Part shown: positions 53,886 through 64,000 of the stretch, piece after piece
Position numbering within the stretch: the stretch's first letter is position 1
Layout of the letters: each line of letters begins with the position of its first letter
Assembly (NCBI RefSeq): GCF_006345805.1
Contig: NC_043024.1
Span: 14,198,001 to 14,262,000, forward strand
Reading direction: 5' to 3'
Source: Octopus sinensis
Taxonomy: Eukaryota
DNA: 64,000 nucleotides
Notes under the pieces: generated by a model
What the model saw: the letters and a program-made list of their open reading frames with translations, nothing else
The model's database searches: none
Told to the model about the DNA's origin: nothing
Made by a program: the position numbers and the translations under genes

Positions 53886-54401
53886 GTGATCCAAAAGAAT
53901 AAGTATTAGGCTTAAAAAACATAAGCCATGGGATTGATTCATTTGACTAAAACATTCAAGGTGGTGCTCCAGCATGACCGCAGTCAAATGACTGAAACAA
54001 GTAAAAGATATCAATAATATTAATAATAATAATAATAACAACAAACATTTACTCTTTTACTTGTTTCAGTCATTTGACTGTGGCCATGCTGAAGCACCGC
54101 CTTTAGTCGATCAAATCAACACCAGGACTTATTCTTTGTAAATCTATCAGTCTCTTTTGCTGAACCGTTAAGTTACGGGGACGTAAACACTACCATCGGT
54201 TGTCAAGCGATGTTGGGGCGGGGACAAACACAGACACACAAACATATACTCACACACACGCACACACACACATATATATATATAAGTTTAAGTAATTGAG
54301 ATTCAAGTGAATTCTAATGAATTCACATTAATATGGTCCTTAACTAGGATGCACCGGAAATCTATATGGTGTTAACCATACGACAAGTGGGGTGATTACA
54401 A

Positions 54402-54543
54402 ATAGGAAAAAAGCAACAAGAATGGATTAAAATATCGGTACAATTGTTTCGTACGAGAACATCTTTAATAAGCTACTTATTAAAGATGTCCTCGTACGAA
54501 ACAATTGTACCTATATTTTAATCCATTCTTGTTGCTTTTTTCC

Positions 54544-54546
<3 letters not shown>
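54402..54546. repeat. Near-perfect 145-bp hairpin (71-bp arms, 3-nt loop CTA)
   Basis: Arms at 54402-54472 and 54476-54546. Confidence 0.95.
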
Positions 54547-54584
<38 letters not shown>

Positions 54585-55926
54585 ATATATACGATGGGCT
54601 TCTTTCAGTTTCCATCTACTGAATCCACTCACAAGGCTTTGGTCGGCCCGAAGCTATAGTCGAAAACACTTGCCCAAGGTGCCACGCAGTGGGACTGAAC
54701 CCGGAATCATGTGGTTCGTAAGCAAGCTACTTACCACACAGCCACTCCTATGCCTAGTATAATATTTGATAAACATTATAATAAATTAGAAATTTTATAA
54801 ACTGACCTTTTCTTTTAACTAATTCAGCAACTTTTATATTTCTTTTTCATTAATGTTTTCCATATAAAACGAAGTTTTAGCTACAAACAACAAAATTCGA
54901 TTATTTTATCAAAATCTTTTTAAGGCGGGAATCTTGCATGACAGTCGCTTCTCTTAAATTTTTACTTCCAGGTGTTATTTTACAGATAAGGGTATTGCAG
55001 TTCTTTTATCTTAAATATATTCATGACATGTTTAAATTTTATATATTAGATTTTCCTTTAAATCAACAACCCAAGGTCTGATATGTCGACATAATCTCTC
55101 CAATGTTTATCGAATGTCCTCAGATCAGTTACTTTCAAGATTTTGGAATTGATAAATTTGAGGAAAATAAGATATAACTCAATAAAAATTAAGATTAAGA
55201 TTGAATCTTTTCTCCTTTTAAAACACTGAAGTTTAAATGAGACATGGACAAATTAGCAAGAAATATTAATACTACCATTTATTTCATTTGAGTCAGATGA
55301 AACAAATAAGATTTGAAAGATTTTGCTTTGTTAACTGAACAAAGCTCTAAAATTTTAACTTCTCTATTCTGTATTGATTGTCATTGAATTGCACAATATT
55401 CAATTAAAATGTATACTCTTTTACTCTTTTACTTGTTTCAGTCATTTGACTGCGGCCATGCTGGAGCACCGCCTTTAATCGAGCAATTCGACCCCGGGAC
55501 TTATTCTTTTGTAAGCCCAGTACTTATTCTATCGGTCTCTTTTGCCGAACCGCAAAATGACGGGGTCGTAAACAGACCAGCATTGGTTGTCAAGCAATGC
55601 TAGGGGACAAACACAGACACACAAACATACATGCACACACACACACCTATATATATATACATATATACTCTTTACTCTTTTACTCTTTTACTTGTTTCAG
55701 TCATTTGACTGCAGCCATGCTGGAGCACCGCCTCTTTTAATCGAGCAACTCGACCCCGGGACTTATTCTTTTGTAAGCCCAGTACTTATTCTATCGGTCT
55801 CTTTTGCCGAACCGCTAAGTAACGAGGACATAAACACACCAGCATCGGTTGTCAAGCAATGCTAGGGGGACAAACACAGACACACAAACACACACGCACA
55901 CACACACACACACACCTATATATATA

Positions 55927-56056
55927 CAAGGTGTCCCAAAAAATGTATACACACCTTAAATAATTGGAAATTTGTTATTCTTTGTAAGCCTAGTACTTAT
56001 TCTATCGTTCTCTTTTGCCGAACCACTATGTGTATACATTTTTTTGGGACACCCTG
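55927..56056. mobile_element. Tc1/mariner-type MITE at a TA site, containing a SINE family A fragment
   Basis: TIRs CAAGGTGTCCCAAAAAATGTATACACA and TGTGTATACATTTTTTTGGGACACCCTG, with TA on each side. Confidence 0.75.
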
Positions 56057-56317
56057 TATATACATATATACAACAGGATTCTTTCAGTTTCCGTCTACCA
56101 AATCCACTCACAAGGCTTTGGTCGGCCCGAGGCTATAGTAGAAGACATTTGCCCGAGGTGCCACGCGGTCGGACTGAACCCAGAACCATGTGGTTGGTAA
56201 ACAAGCTACTTACCACACAGCCACTCCTACGCCTATCTTTTATTTTCATTTTAAATATTTTTTAATAATAAATTTATTATTTTTCACTTTGAAATTGTTT
56301 CTTGCCCTGCTGTTCTT

Positions 56318-56531
56318 TTATTCTTTTACTTGTTTCAGTCATTTGACTGTGGCCAGGCTGGAGCACCGCCTTAAGTCGAGCAAATCGACCCAAGGACTTA
56401 TTCTTTGTAAGCCTAGTGCTTATTCTATCAGTCTCTTTTTGCCGAACTGCTAAGTTACGGGGACGTAAACACACCACCATCTGTTGTCAAGCGATGTTGG
56501 TGGGAACAGACACACAAACATATACAAACAC

Positions 56532-56568
<37 letters not shown>

Positions 56569-56900
56569 TATATATATATATCATCATCATCATCATCATC
56601 GTTTAACGTCCGTTCTCCATGCTAGCATGGGTTGGACGGTTCGACCGGGGATCTGGGAAGCCAGAAGGCTGCACCAGGCTCCAGTCTTATCTGGCAATGT
56701 TTCTACAGCTGGATGCCCTTCCTAACACCACACATATATACGACGGGCTTCTTTCAGTTTCCATCTACCAAGTCCACTCACAAGGCTTTGGTTGGACTGA
56801 GGCTAAAGTAGAAGATACTTGCCCAAGGTGCCACACAGTGGGACTGAACCCGCAACCATGTGGCTGGTAAGCAAGCTACTTACCACACAGCCACTCCTTA
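56318..56900 (-). mobile_element. SINE family A interrupted by an RTE-tail ((GAT)n) fragment
   Basis: The insertion at about 56580-56730 lies within the internal microsatellite. Confidence 0.8.
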
Positions 56901-57087
56901 CATAATTGCATAGAAGCAACAATGAATCAAAGATATCGTCCCAAGTAGAAGGTAAATTTTCATTGATCAAAGAATTATTTTATAATTTTCCATCAATATT
57001 ATTAATTAGTAAACCTATTTTTTTAAAACCCTATCTCTGCACTAAAATTATTCTCAACTCTCTTATTAAAGTAAGATTTAACATTAT

Positions 57088-57540
57088 AGGCGCAGGAGTG
57101 GCTGTGTGGTAAGTAGCTTGCTAAACAACCACAAGGTTCCGGGTTCAGTCCCACTGCGTGGCATCTTGGGCAAGTGTCTTCTGCTATAGCCCCGGCCGAC
57201 CAATGCCTTGTGAGTGGATTTGGTAGACGGAAACTGAAAGAAGCCTCGAACCGTCCAACCCATGCTAGCATGGAGAACGGACGTTAAACGATGATGATGA
57301 TGCTGATGATGATGTATGTGTGTGTGTGTTTGTGTGTCTGGGTTTGTCCCCCCAACATCGCTTGACAACAGATGCTGGTGTGTTTACGTCCCCGTCACTT
57401 AGCGGTTCGGCAAAAGAGACTGATAGAATAAGTACTGGGCTTACAAAGGAATAAGTCCCGGGGTCGATTTGCTCGACTAAAGGTGGTGCTCCAGCATGGC
57501 CGCAGTCAAATGACTGAAACAAGTAAAAGAGTAAAAGAGT
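57088..57540 (+). mobile_element. SINE family A interrupted by an RTE-tail fragment
   Basis: The insertion at about 57246-57312 ends in (GAT)n. Confidence 0.8.
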
Positions 57541-57744
57541 ATTAGGTGTGTTGTTATACTTGAAATCATTGGGAAACCCAGAACCATTCTCTATGAATTC
57601 CCCACATATGTATTCCTGGGGCAATAAATAAGGGAGAATGCTCAATCATTATCCGACTGGTCAATACCAAAAAATAATTTTAAAAAAGCAAAACTCTTTG
57701 ACAAAGACGCAAAATTGAAAAGAAAGAGGAAGAAGAATAGTAGT

Positions 57745-58290
57745 AATGGTGGTGGTGGTGGTGGTGGTGATTGTGGTGGTGGTGGTGGTGATGGAGATGG
57801 TGGTGGTGGTGGTGGTGGTGGTGGTTGTGATGGTGGTGATGGTGGTGGTGGGTGGTGGTGGTGGTGGTGGTGGTGGTGGTGGTGGTGGTGGTGGTGGTGT
57901 GGTGGTGGTGATGGAGATGGTGGTGGTGGTGGTGGTGGTGGTGGTGGTGGTGGTGGTGGTGGTAGTGGTGGTGGTGGTTGTGGTGGTGGTGGTAGTAGAG
58001 GTGGTGGTGGTGATGGAGATGGTGGTGGTGATGGTGATGGTGGTGGTGGTGATGGTGGTGGTGGTGGTGGTGGTAGTGTAAGTGGTAGTAGAGGTGGTGG
58101 TGGTGGTGGTGGTGGTAGTAGTAGTGGTGGTGGTGGTGGTGGTGATAGTGGTGGTGGTTGTGTGGTGGTGGTGGTGGTGGTGGTAGTAGTAGTGGTGTGG
58201 TGGTGGTAGTGGTAGTGGTGGTGGTGGTGGTAGTGGTGGTGGTGGTGGTGGTGGTGTTGGTGTAGGTGGTGGTGGTAGTGGTGGTGGGGA
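57745..58290. repeat. (GGT)n microsatellite
   Basis: Read directly from the sequence. Confidence 0.95.
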
Positions 58291-58910
58291 GTAGAAAAGG
58301 AAGCAAAAGAATATAAATGGGTTACTTTGAATATAAGAAACGAGTGTACTGAATTAATAATAATAATTAAAATAAAACAGAATATTTAGCTTTATTCCTG
58401 CCAATGGTGTGAGAAGGAGAACAAAGAAGGAGGGCCAATATAAGATATCCGCCTATATTTGGCTGCTGAAGTCAGCATCTTTTTACAAGTCAAGAGAACT
58501 GACCAGACAGGAACCTATGTTTGCACGGAATGAAATACTGTTGTCTCAGCCAATAGAATCCAGTACAGGTGTCTACTGCTACAGCTAACCCATCATGCTC
58601 TAAATTGTTATGGATCCTATTTCAATAAACCTTACCAATAATAAAAGAAATCATTTCAGCTTAAGATTCCAAACCACTGACTAGTAAAAGATTTTGTACA
58701 GCACTGCTTCTGACATTAGTGCTTGAAAACAGCACACTGTCAAAGCAGTTAAACTGCTGGTCATCGGTTGGGTAGAGACACAAAATTCTATCCATCATGG
58801 ATGGAATGAAACTGTCCACACCTTTACTTTTATATCTATTTTGTTTTCTTCACTATATATCCAGCGAACGTCCCAGGTAAGTCAGAACATTCATTGATAT
58901 TTCGAATTAA

Positions 58911-59384
58911 CCCTTTCGTTACCAACCCGGCTGAAACCGGCTCTGGCTCTGAGTACAAATGTCTTCTTTTCATAAGTTTTGAATTAAAATCTTCCACCAA
59001 ACCTTAGTCACAATTTTTGTTCCTAACACTAGCTGAATGATAACTAAGTTATTTTGCTAAATTCTTTGTTATATTTAAAATTAATTGAAAGAAACACAGA
59101 GCATCTCAACAGAAATATGGTAACAAAAGGGTTAAAATATATAATAGAGAAACAATTCTTAAACCTTTTGATACCAACCCAGCTGAAACCAGCTCTGGCT
59201 CTGAGTACAAATGTCTTGTTTTTTGATAAGTTTTGAATTAAAATCTTTCACCAAACCTTAGTCACAATTTATGTTCATAACACTAGCTTAATGATAACTA
59301 AGTTATTTTACTAAATTCTTTGTTTTATTTAGAGTAATCGAAAGAAACACAAAGCATCTCAAAATAAATACAGTAACAAAAGGG
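58911..59384 (+). mobile_element. Two tandem piggyBac-type MITEs (~221 bp each) separated by TTAA, a 23-nt spacer and TTAA
   Basis: TTAA|CCCTTTCGTTACC...GGTAACAAAAGGG|TTAA; copies at 58911-59131 and 59163-59384. Confidence 0.85.
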
Positions 59385-59740
59385 TTAATGACAAATTCTC
59401 AACTGATCATTTCATAAATTTCACTTGAGAAAATGCTACGTCTCTGTTTTCTATTGATTTCCATTTTTTTTCTTTCATTAATTTATGATTTTATACAGTT
59501 TTTATATTGTTTATTATTTATACAACTTACATTTAAATTATTTCAACAATCTTATAAAATGGACAACTGGCAGTCATTAAAGAACCAACTTTGTAATAAT
59601 TTTTTTTTTTGCTCTCTTCATTTTAAGTTCTCTTACCAAACTTAATTTTACCTTCCTTCCTTTCAAGGAACAATAAACAAAGTTTCAGTCCTCTACTGGA
59701 ATAAATTCTTCCATTTCTCCCAGTCTTTCTTTATATTTGA

Positions 59741-60253
59741 CTAGCAGTATTGCCCGGCGTTGCTCGGGTTTGTAAGGGAAATAACTATATAAGCATTTTT
59801 AGAGAGTTACTTCCCTTATAGATGCCAATTCGGGCTTTCTTAGCCATTTCTGTTTTGGTGTCTTCAAGCCATGAAGTCGTTGTTCTAAAAGAACGCTGGT
59901 CTCCTTGACAACGCTTTACGACGTTGATTTCCTTACACTCCCTTCCCCACAGCTTCACGAGGGAGGGAAGAAGGGGAAGAAGCAAACAGGTGCAGGTGTG
60001 ACCATGGACGCCAACTCTGCCGCCATCGACACACGAAAAATTATGCATTAAAATGGAATAAAAAATGATGTTAAATTATTTTTTAAATCGTAGACTCATC
60101 GTAGACGCGCGCTAATACTCAGATGGGCTCGATATGAATCATGACTATAAGATACCCGAATTTGGTTAAACTGCACCGCAAAATGTGGGAGTAGTTAGGA
60201 ATCTAAATCGAAGGGGACAGACACTCACACAACTACAGTTTTATATATATAGA
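59741..60253 (-). mobile_element. Non-autonomous Helitron
   Basis: Minus strand starts TC (TCTATATATATAAAA), has a 3' hairpin CCCGAGCAACGCCGGG and ends CTAG; inserted between A and T. Confidence 0.85.
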
Positions 60254-60462
60254 TGTATCCTCTCTGAAAAAATGTGGCTGTCACCAGATGTCAGGAGGGA
60301 AGGGCTCCACCAGGTTAAAACATACCCAAGATATGCTAAATGTCCTGACAACACTTCTACAACAACTCCCATCAAACAATTGAAGATGAAACACAAAGCA
60401 TTTAGCTTTTATACAATTGCTTATCCATGTTGGATTACTCTACCCAGAATCAAATATTTTAG

Positions 60463-61047
60463 TTACTCTTTTACTCTTTTACTTGTTTCAATCATTTGAC
60501 TGCGGCCATGCTGGAGCACCGCCTTTAGTCGAGCAACTCGACCCCGGGACTTATTCTTTTTGTAAGCCCAGTACTTATTCTATCGGTCTCTTTTTGCCAA
60601 ACCGCTAAGTGACCGGGACGTAAACACACCAGCATCGGTTGTCAAGCAATGTTAGGGGAACAAACACAGACACACAAACACACACACACACATACATATA
60701 TATCATCATCGTTCAACGTCCGTTCTCCATGCTAGCATGAGTTGGACGGTTCGACCAGGGATCTGGGAAGCCAGAAGGCTGCACCAGGCTCCAGTCTTAT
60801 CTGGCAATGTTTCTACAAATAAGACTGGAGCCTGGTGCAGCCTTCTGGCTTCCCAGATCCCCGATATATATATACATATATACGACAGGCTTCTTTCAGT
60901 TTCCGTCTACCAAATCCACTCAGAAGGCATTGGTCGGCCCGGGGCTATAGCAGAAGACACCTGCCCAAGATGTCATGCAGTGGGACTGAACCCGGAACCA
61001 TGTGGTTGGTTAGCAAGCTACTTACCACACAGCCACTCCTGCGCCTA
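60463..61047 (-). mobile_element. SINE family A interrupted by an RTE-tail fragment with a fold-back
   Basis: Insertion at about 60703-60862 with a 43-bp inverted duplication. Confidence 0.8.
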
Positions 61048-61364
61048 TAAATAAAGCAACAACATCACCTTATTGCTCTTCTTCATTCTGAGATGGAGGC
61101 CAATGATCCAAAAGTTAGGTTCTTCATTCTTCACAACAACTGTAATTGTGAAACTTTTCAAGGAATTCTCCAACTTACACAAACGACTGTGAATGATGTT
61201 TTGTATTTGCAACAGTTTTTATATTATTTTCATTTACGAATGATCGAAGTGACCTGCCTCGTTGTCTAAAGTAAAACAATTCAATGTGAAATTGTCAATC
61301 TGGGGCTGAGTGTCTATGACCTTCTGTGGTAGCAAAAGGCTGAGATGAGAGGATATTAAATAAT

Positions 61365-61680
61365 CATCATCATCATTTAGCGTCCGTTTTCCATGCTAGC
61401 ATGGGTTGGACAGTTTAACTGGGGTCTGTGAAGCCGGAAGGCTTCATCAGGCCCAGTCAGATTTGGCAGTGTTTCTACGGCTGGAGGCCCTTCCTAACGC
61501 CAACCACTCCATGAGTGTAGTGGGTGCTTTTTACATGCCACCTGCACAGGTGCCAGATGAGGCTGGCAAACGGCCACGAACGGATGGTGTTTTTACGTGC
61601 CACCGGCACGGGGGCTAGGCGAGGCTGGCAACGGACACGAACGGATGGTGCTTTTACATGCTACCGGCAGCTGAACATTT
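61365..61680 (-). mobile_element. RTE-associated (GAT)n-tailed repeat
   Basis: Homologous to 63420-63850. Confidence 0.7.
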
Positions 61681-61914
61681 CACTACTGCATGTAGGGGCA
61701 AGGCACTCCATCCTCAATATCCAAATATTCTTTGTCCAGTAAAGGTTTTGTCATTGTTGTTTAACCACAGGTCAATTCTGATCTAGCAAAATTATAGTTA
61801 AAGAAATTCCAGCAGGACCATTCTACCTTATTATTCAGATATATTGCATGTAAGACATTATCCAATGTTTTCTTCCAGCCTTTTCTTTTTTCCAGACAGT
61901 AAGGTGTAATTTAG

Positions 61915-62160
61915 TGGAGGCGTGTGGCTTAGTGGTTAAGGTGTCAGCATCACGATCGTAAGATTGCGGTTTCGATTCCAGGACCGGGCGATGCATTATG
62001 TTCTTGAGCAAAACACTTCATTTCACGTTGCTTCAGTCCACTCAGCTGGCAAAAATGAGTAACGCTGCGATGGACTGGCATCCCATCCAGCTGGGGAACA
62101 CATACGCCATAGAAACCGGGAAACCGGGCCCATGAGCCTGGCTAGGCTTTAAAAGAGCAC
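61915..62160 (+). mobile_element. tRNA-derived SINE with a V-domain-like 3' half
   Basis: TGGCTTAGTGG A box, GGTTTCGATTCC B box, CTGCGATGGACTGGCATCCCATCCAG centre. Confidence 0.75.
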
Positions 62161-62481
62161 ATTTATTTTTTTTATTTAAGATGTAATTTGAAGATTTAGT
62201 TGCTATTTCTAGCAAGTCAAGTGACAAAATAGAGGTTCCCTTGTCACTTTAAGGAAGAAATGAAAAGTAGTATAAAACTTGTTCACACCACAGAATTGAT
62301 GCATGGTTTATTTTGGCCAGTCTATGGCTGTAGAAAGCTACCACAATGGAGTGATATAGGTTGTAAGAGTGTAGGCCAGAGTAGTAAATAGGGGAAGAGT
62401 AGATATTATGGAGGAAGAAAGATCCATTTGTAGCTTAGAAATGTGATTGATGTAAAAGGTGGGAGGTGAGGTTAGCATTAA

Positions 62482-63206
62482 CCCTTTCGTTACTGTATTT
62501 ATTTTGAGATGCTCTGTGTTTCTTTCAATTACTTTAAATATAACAAAGAATTTAGTAAGATAACTTAATTATCATTAAGCTAGTGTTAGGAACATAAATT
62601 GTGACTAAGGTTCGGTGGAAGATTTTAATTCAAATCTTATAAAAACAAGACATTTTGTACTCAGAGCCAGAGGCTGTTTCAGCTGGGTTGGTAACGAAAG
62701 GGTTAAGAATTGTTTCTCTATTATATATTTTAATCCTTTTGTTACCATATTTCTGTTGAGATGCTCTGTGTTTCTTTCAATTAATTTTAAATATAACAAA
62801 GAATTTAGCAAAATAACTTAGTTATCATTCAGCTAGTGTTAGGAACATAAATTGTGACTAAGGTTCGGTGGAAGATTTTAATTTAGAACTTTTGTAAACA
62901 AGACATTTGTACTAGAGAACCAGAGGCTGTTTCAGGCAGATTGGTATCAAAAGGGTTAAGAATTGTTTCTCTATTATATATTTTAACCCTTTTGTTACTA
63001 TATTTATTTTTAGATGCTCTGTGTTTCTTTCAATTACTTTAAATATGACAAAGAATTTAGTAAAATAACTTAGTTATCATTCAGCTAGTGTTAGAAACAT
63101 AGATGGTGACTAAGGTTTGGTGGAAGATTTTAATTCAAAACTTATGAAAATAAGACATTTGTACTCAGAGCCAGAGGGGGTTTCAGCCGGGTTGGTATCA
63201 AAAGGG
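62482..63206 (-). mobile_element. Three tandem piggyBac-type MITEs with the same 23-nt spacer
   Basis: Copies at 62482-62702, 62734-62955 and 62987-63206; spacers at 62707-62729 and 62960-62982. Confidence 0.85.
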
Positions 63207-63419
63207 TTAAGAAAGAATGATGGGTAATAGTGGAATGGTTTTGGGTAGTAAGCAGGCTACGTGGTATGAGAGAAAAGCCGAAATGTGCAGATCTGCTTAC
63301 TTATAACTGCAGCAGCAGAATAGTGCAGGTAGGGAGATGACGAGAAAAGAGAATGACTTGAGGAGAAAATGAGGTTGGTAGCAGTTGTGCATATACACAC
63401 CTTGAACTTCCAGGTGGGT

Positions 63420-64000
63420 GTCATCATCAGCATCATCATCATCATCATCATCATTTAGCGTCCGCTTTCCATGCTTGCATGGGTTGGACGGTTCAACTGG
63501 GGTCTGGGAAGCCGGAAGGCTGCACCAGGCCCAGTCTGATCTAGCAATGTTTCTACGGCTGGATGCCCTTCCTAACGCCAATCACTCCGTGAGTGTAGTG
63601 GGTGCTTTTTATGTGCCACCGGCACAGGTGCCAGACGGGGCTGGCAAACAGCCACGGTCGGATTGTGCTTTTTACGTGCCGCCGGCACAGGGGCCAGGCG
63701 AGGCTGGCAATGGCCACGATCAGATGGTGCTTTTTATGTGCCACTAGCATGGGGGCCAGGCGAGGCTGGCAACGGCCATGATCGGATTGTGCTTTTTACG
63801 TGCCACCAGCACGGAGGCCCGTTGGGGTAGCGCTGGCAACGGCCACATTCAAGCTACTTTCTTGAAAACCATATTTTGCCCGTCATGATTTTGGTCCTTT
63901 GTCATCTCTTGCATGAACTTCATTGTCCTGAGATCAGCCTCCACAGCATCCCATATCTTTCTGGGTCACCATCTTCAACAAGTTCCGTTCACATTAAATG
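63420..64000 (-). mobile_element. RTE LINE 3' coding remnant (63850-64000) with its (GAT)n-tailed 3' region
   Basis: Decayed G...RPRK.W...V..DLR...EMT.D..W-like terminus, internally repeated 3' UTR blocks, (GAT)n tail. Confidence 0.65.

Noticed and set aside
57680-58306. His-, Gly- and Val-rich ORFs
   Set aside because: (GGT)n microsatellite; no splice or start context.
58907-63210. Repeat-spacer arrays as CRISPR
   Set aside because: The repeats are ~221-bp MITEs with TIRs and TTAA, the spacers are identical rather than variable, there are no cas genes and the context is eukaryotic.

Overview
Eukaryotic, AT-rich window saturated with microsatellites and transposon debris. The repeat families resemble octopus (coleoid cephalopod) repeats as I recall them; this is an inference, not a database match. 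I could not identify any intact, nameable host gene, rRNA, real tRNA gene or CRISPR array, and nearly all ORF-track entries are microsatellite translations. The largest feature is a ~5.3 kb decayed, internally deleted L1-superfamily (Tx1-clade) LINE on the minus strand (12826-18130), embedded on both sides in (GATA)n; two further remnants also lie next to GATA-type repeats. A tRNA-derived SINE family shares that LINE's 3' terminal 45 nt (37/45 identical) and occurs as head-less tandem multimers with an invariant junction, one bracketed by a 21-bp target-site duplication. Together these suggest a microsatellite-associated LINE/SINE partnership. Other notable items are piggyBac-type MITE concatemers joined by an identical 23-nt spacer, a variant minimal hammerhead-ribozyme motif in a Penelope-like repeat, several long fold-back hairpins, and an unexplained coding-like island at 41.2-42.6 kb. 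Fragments of Penelope, RTE, CR1, R4/Dong, Tc1/mariner and Helitron elements are also present. A 100-N gap at 47697-47796 separates a microsatellite-dominated left part from a SINE-dense right part. Boundaries of decayed elements are approximate.
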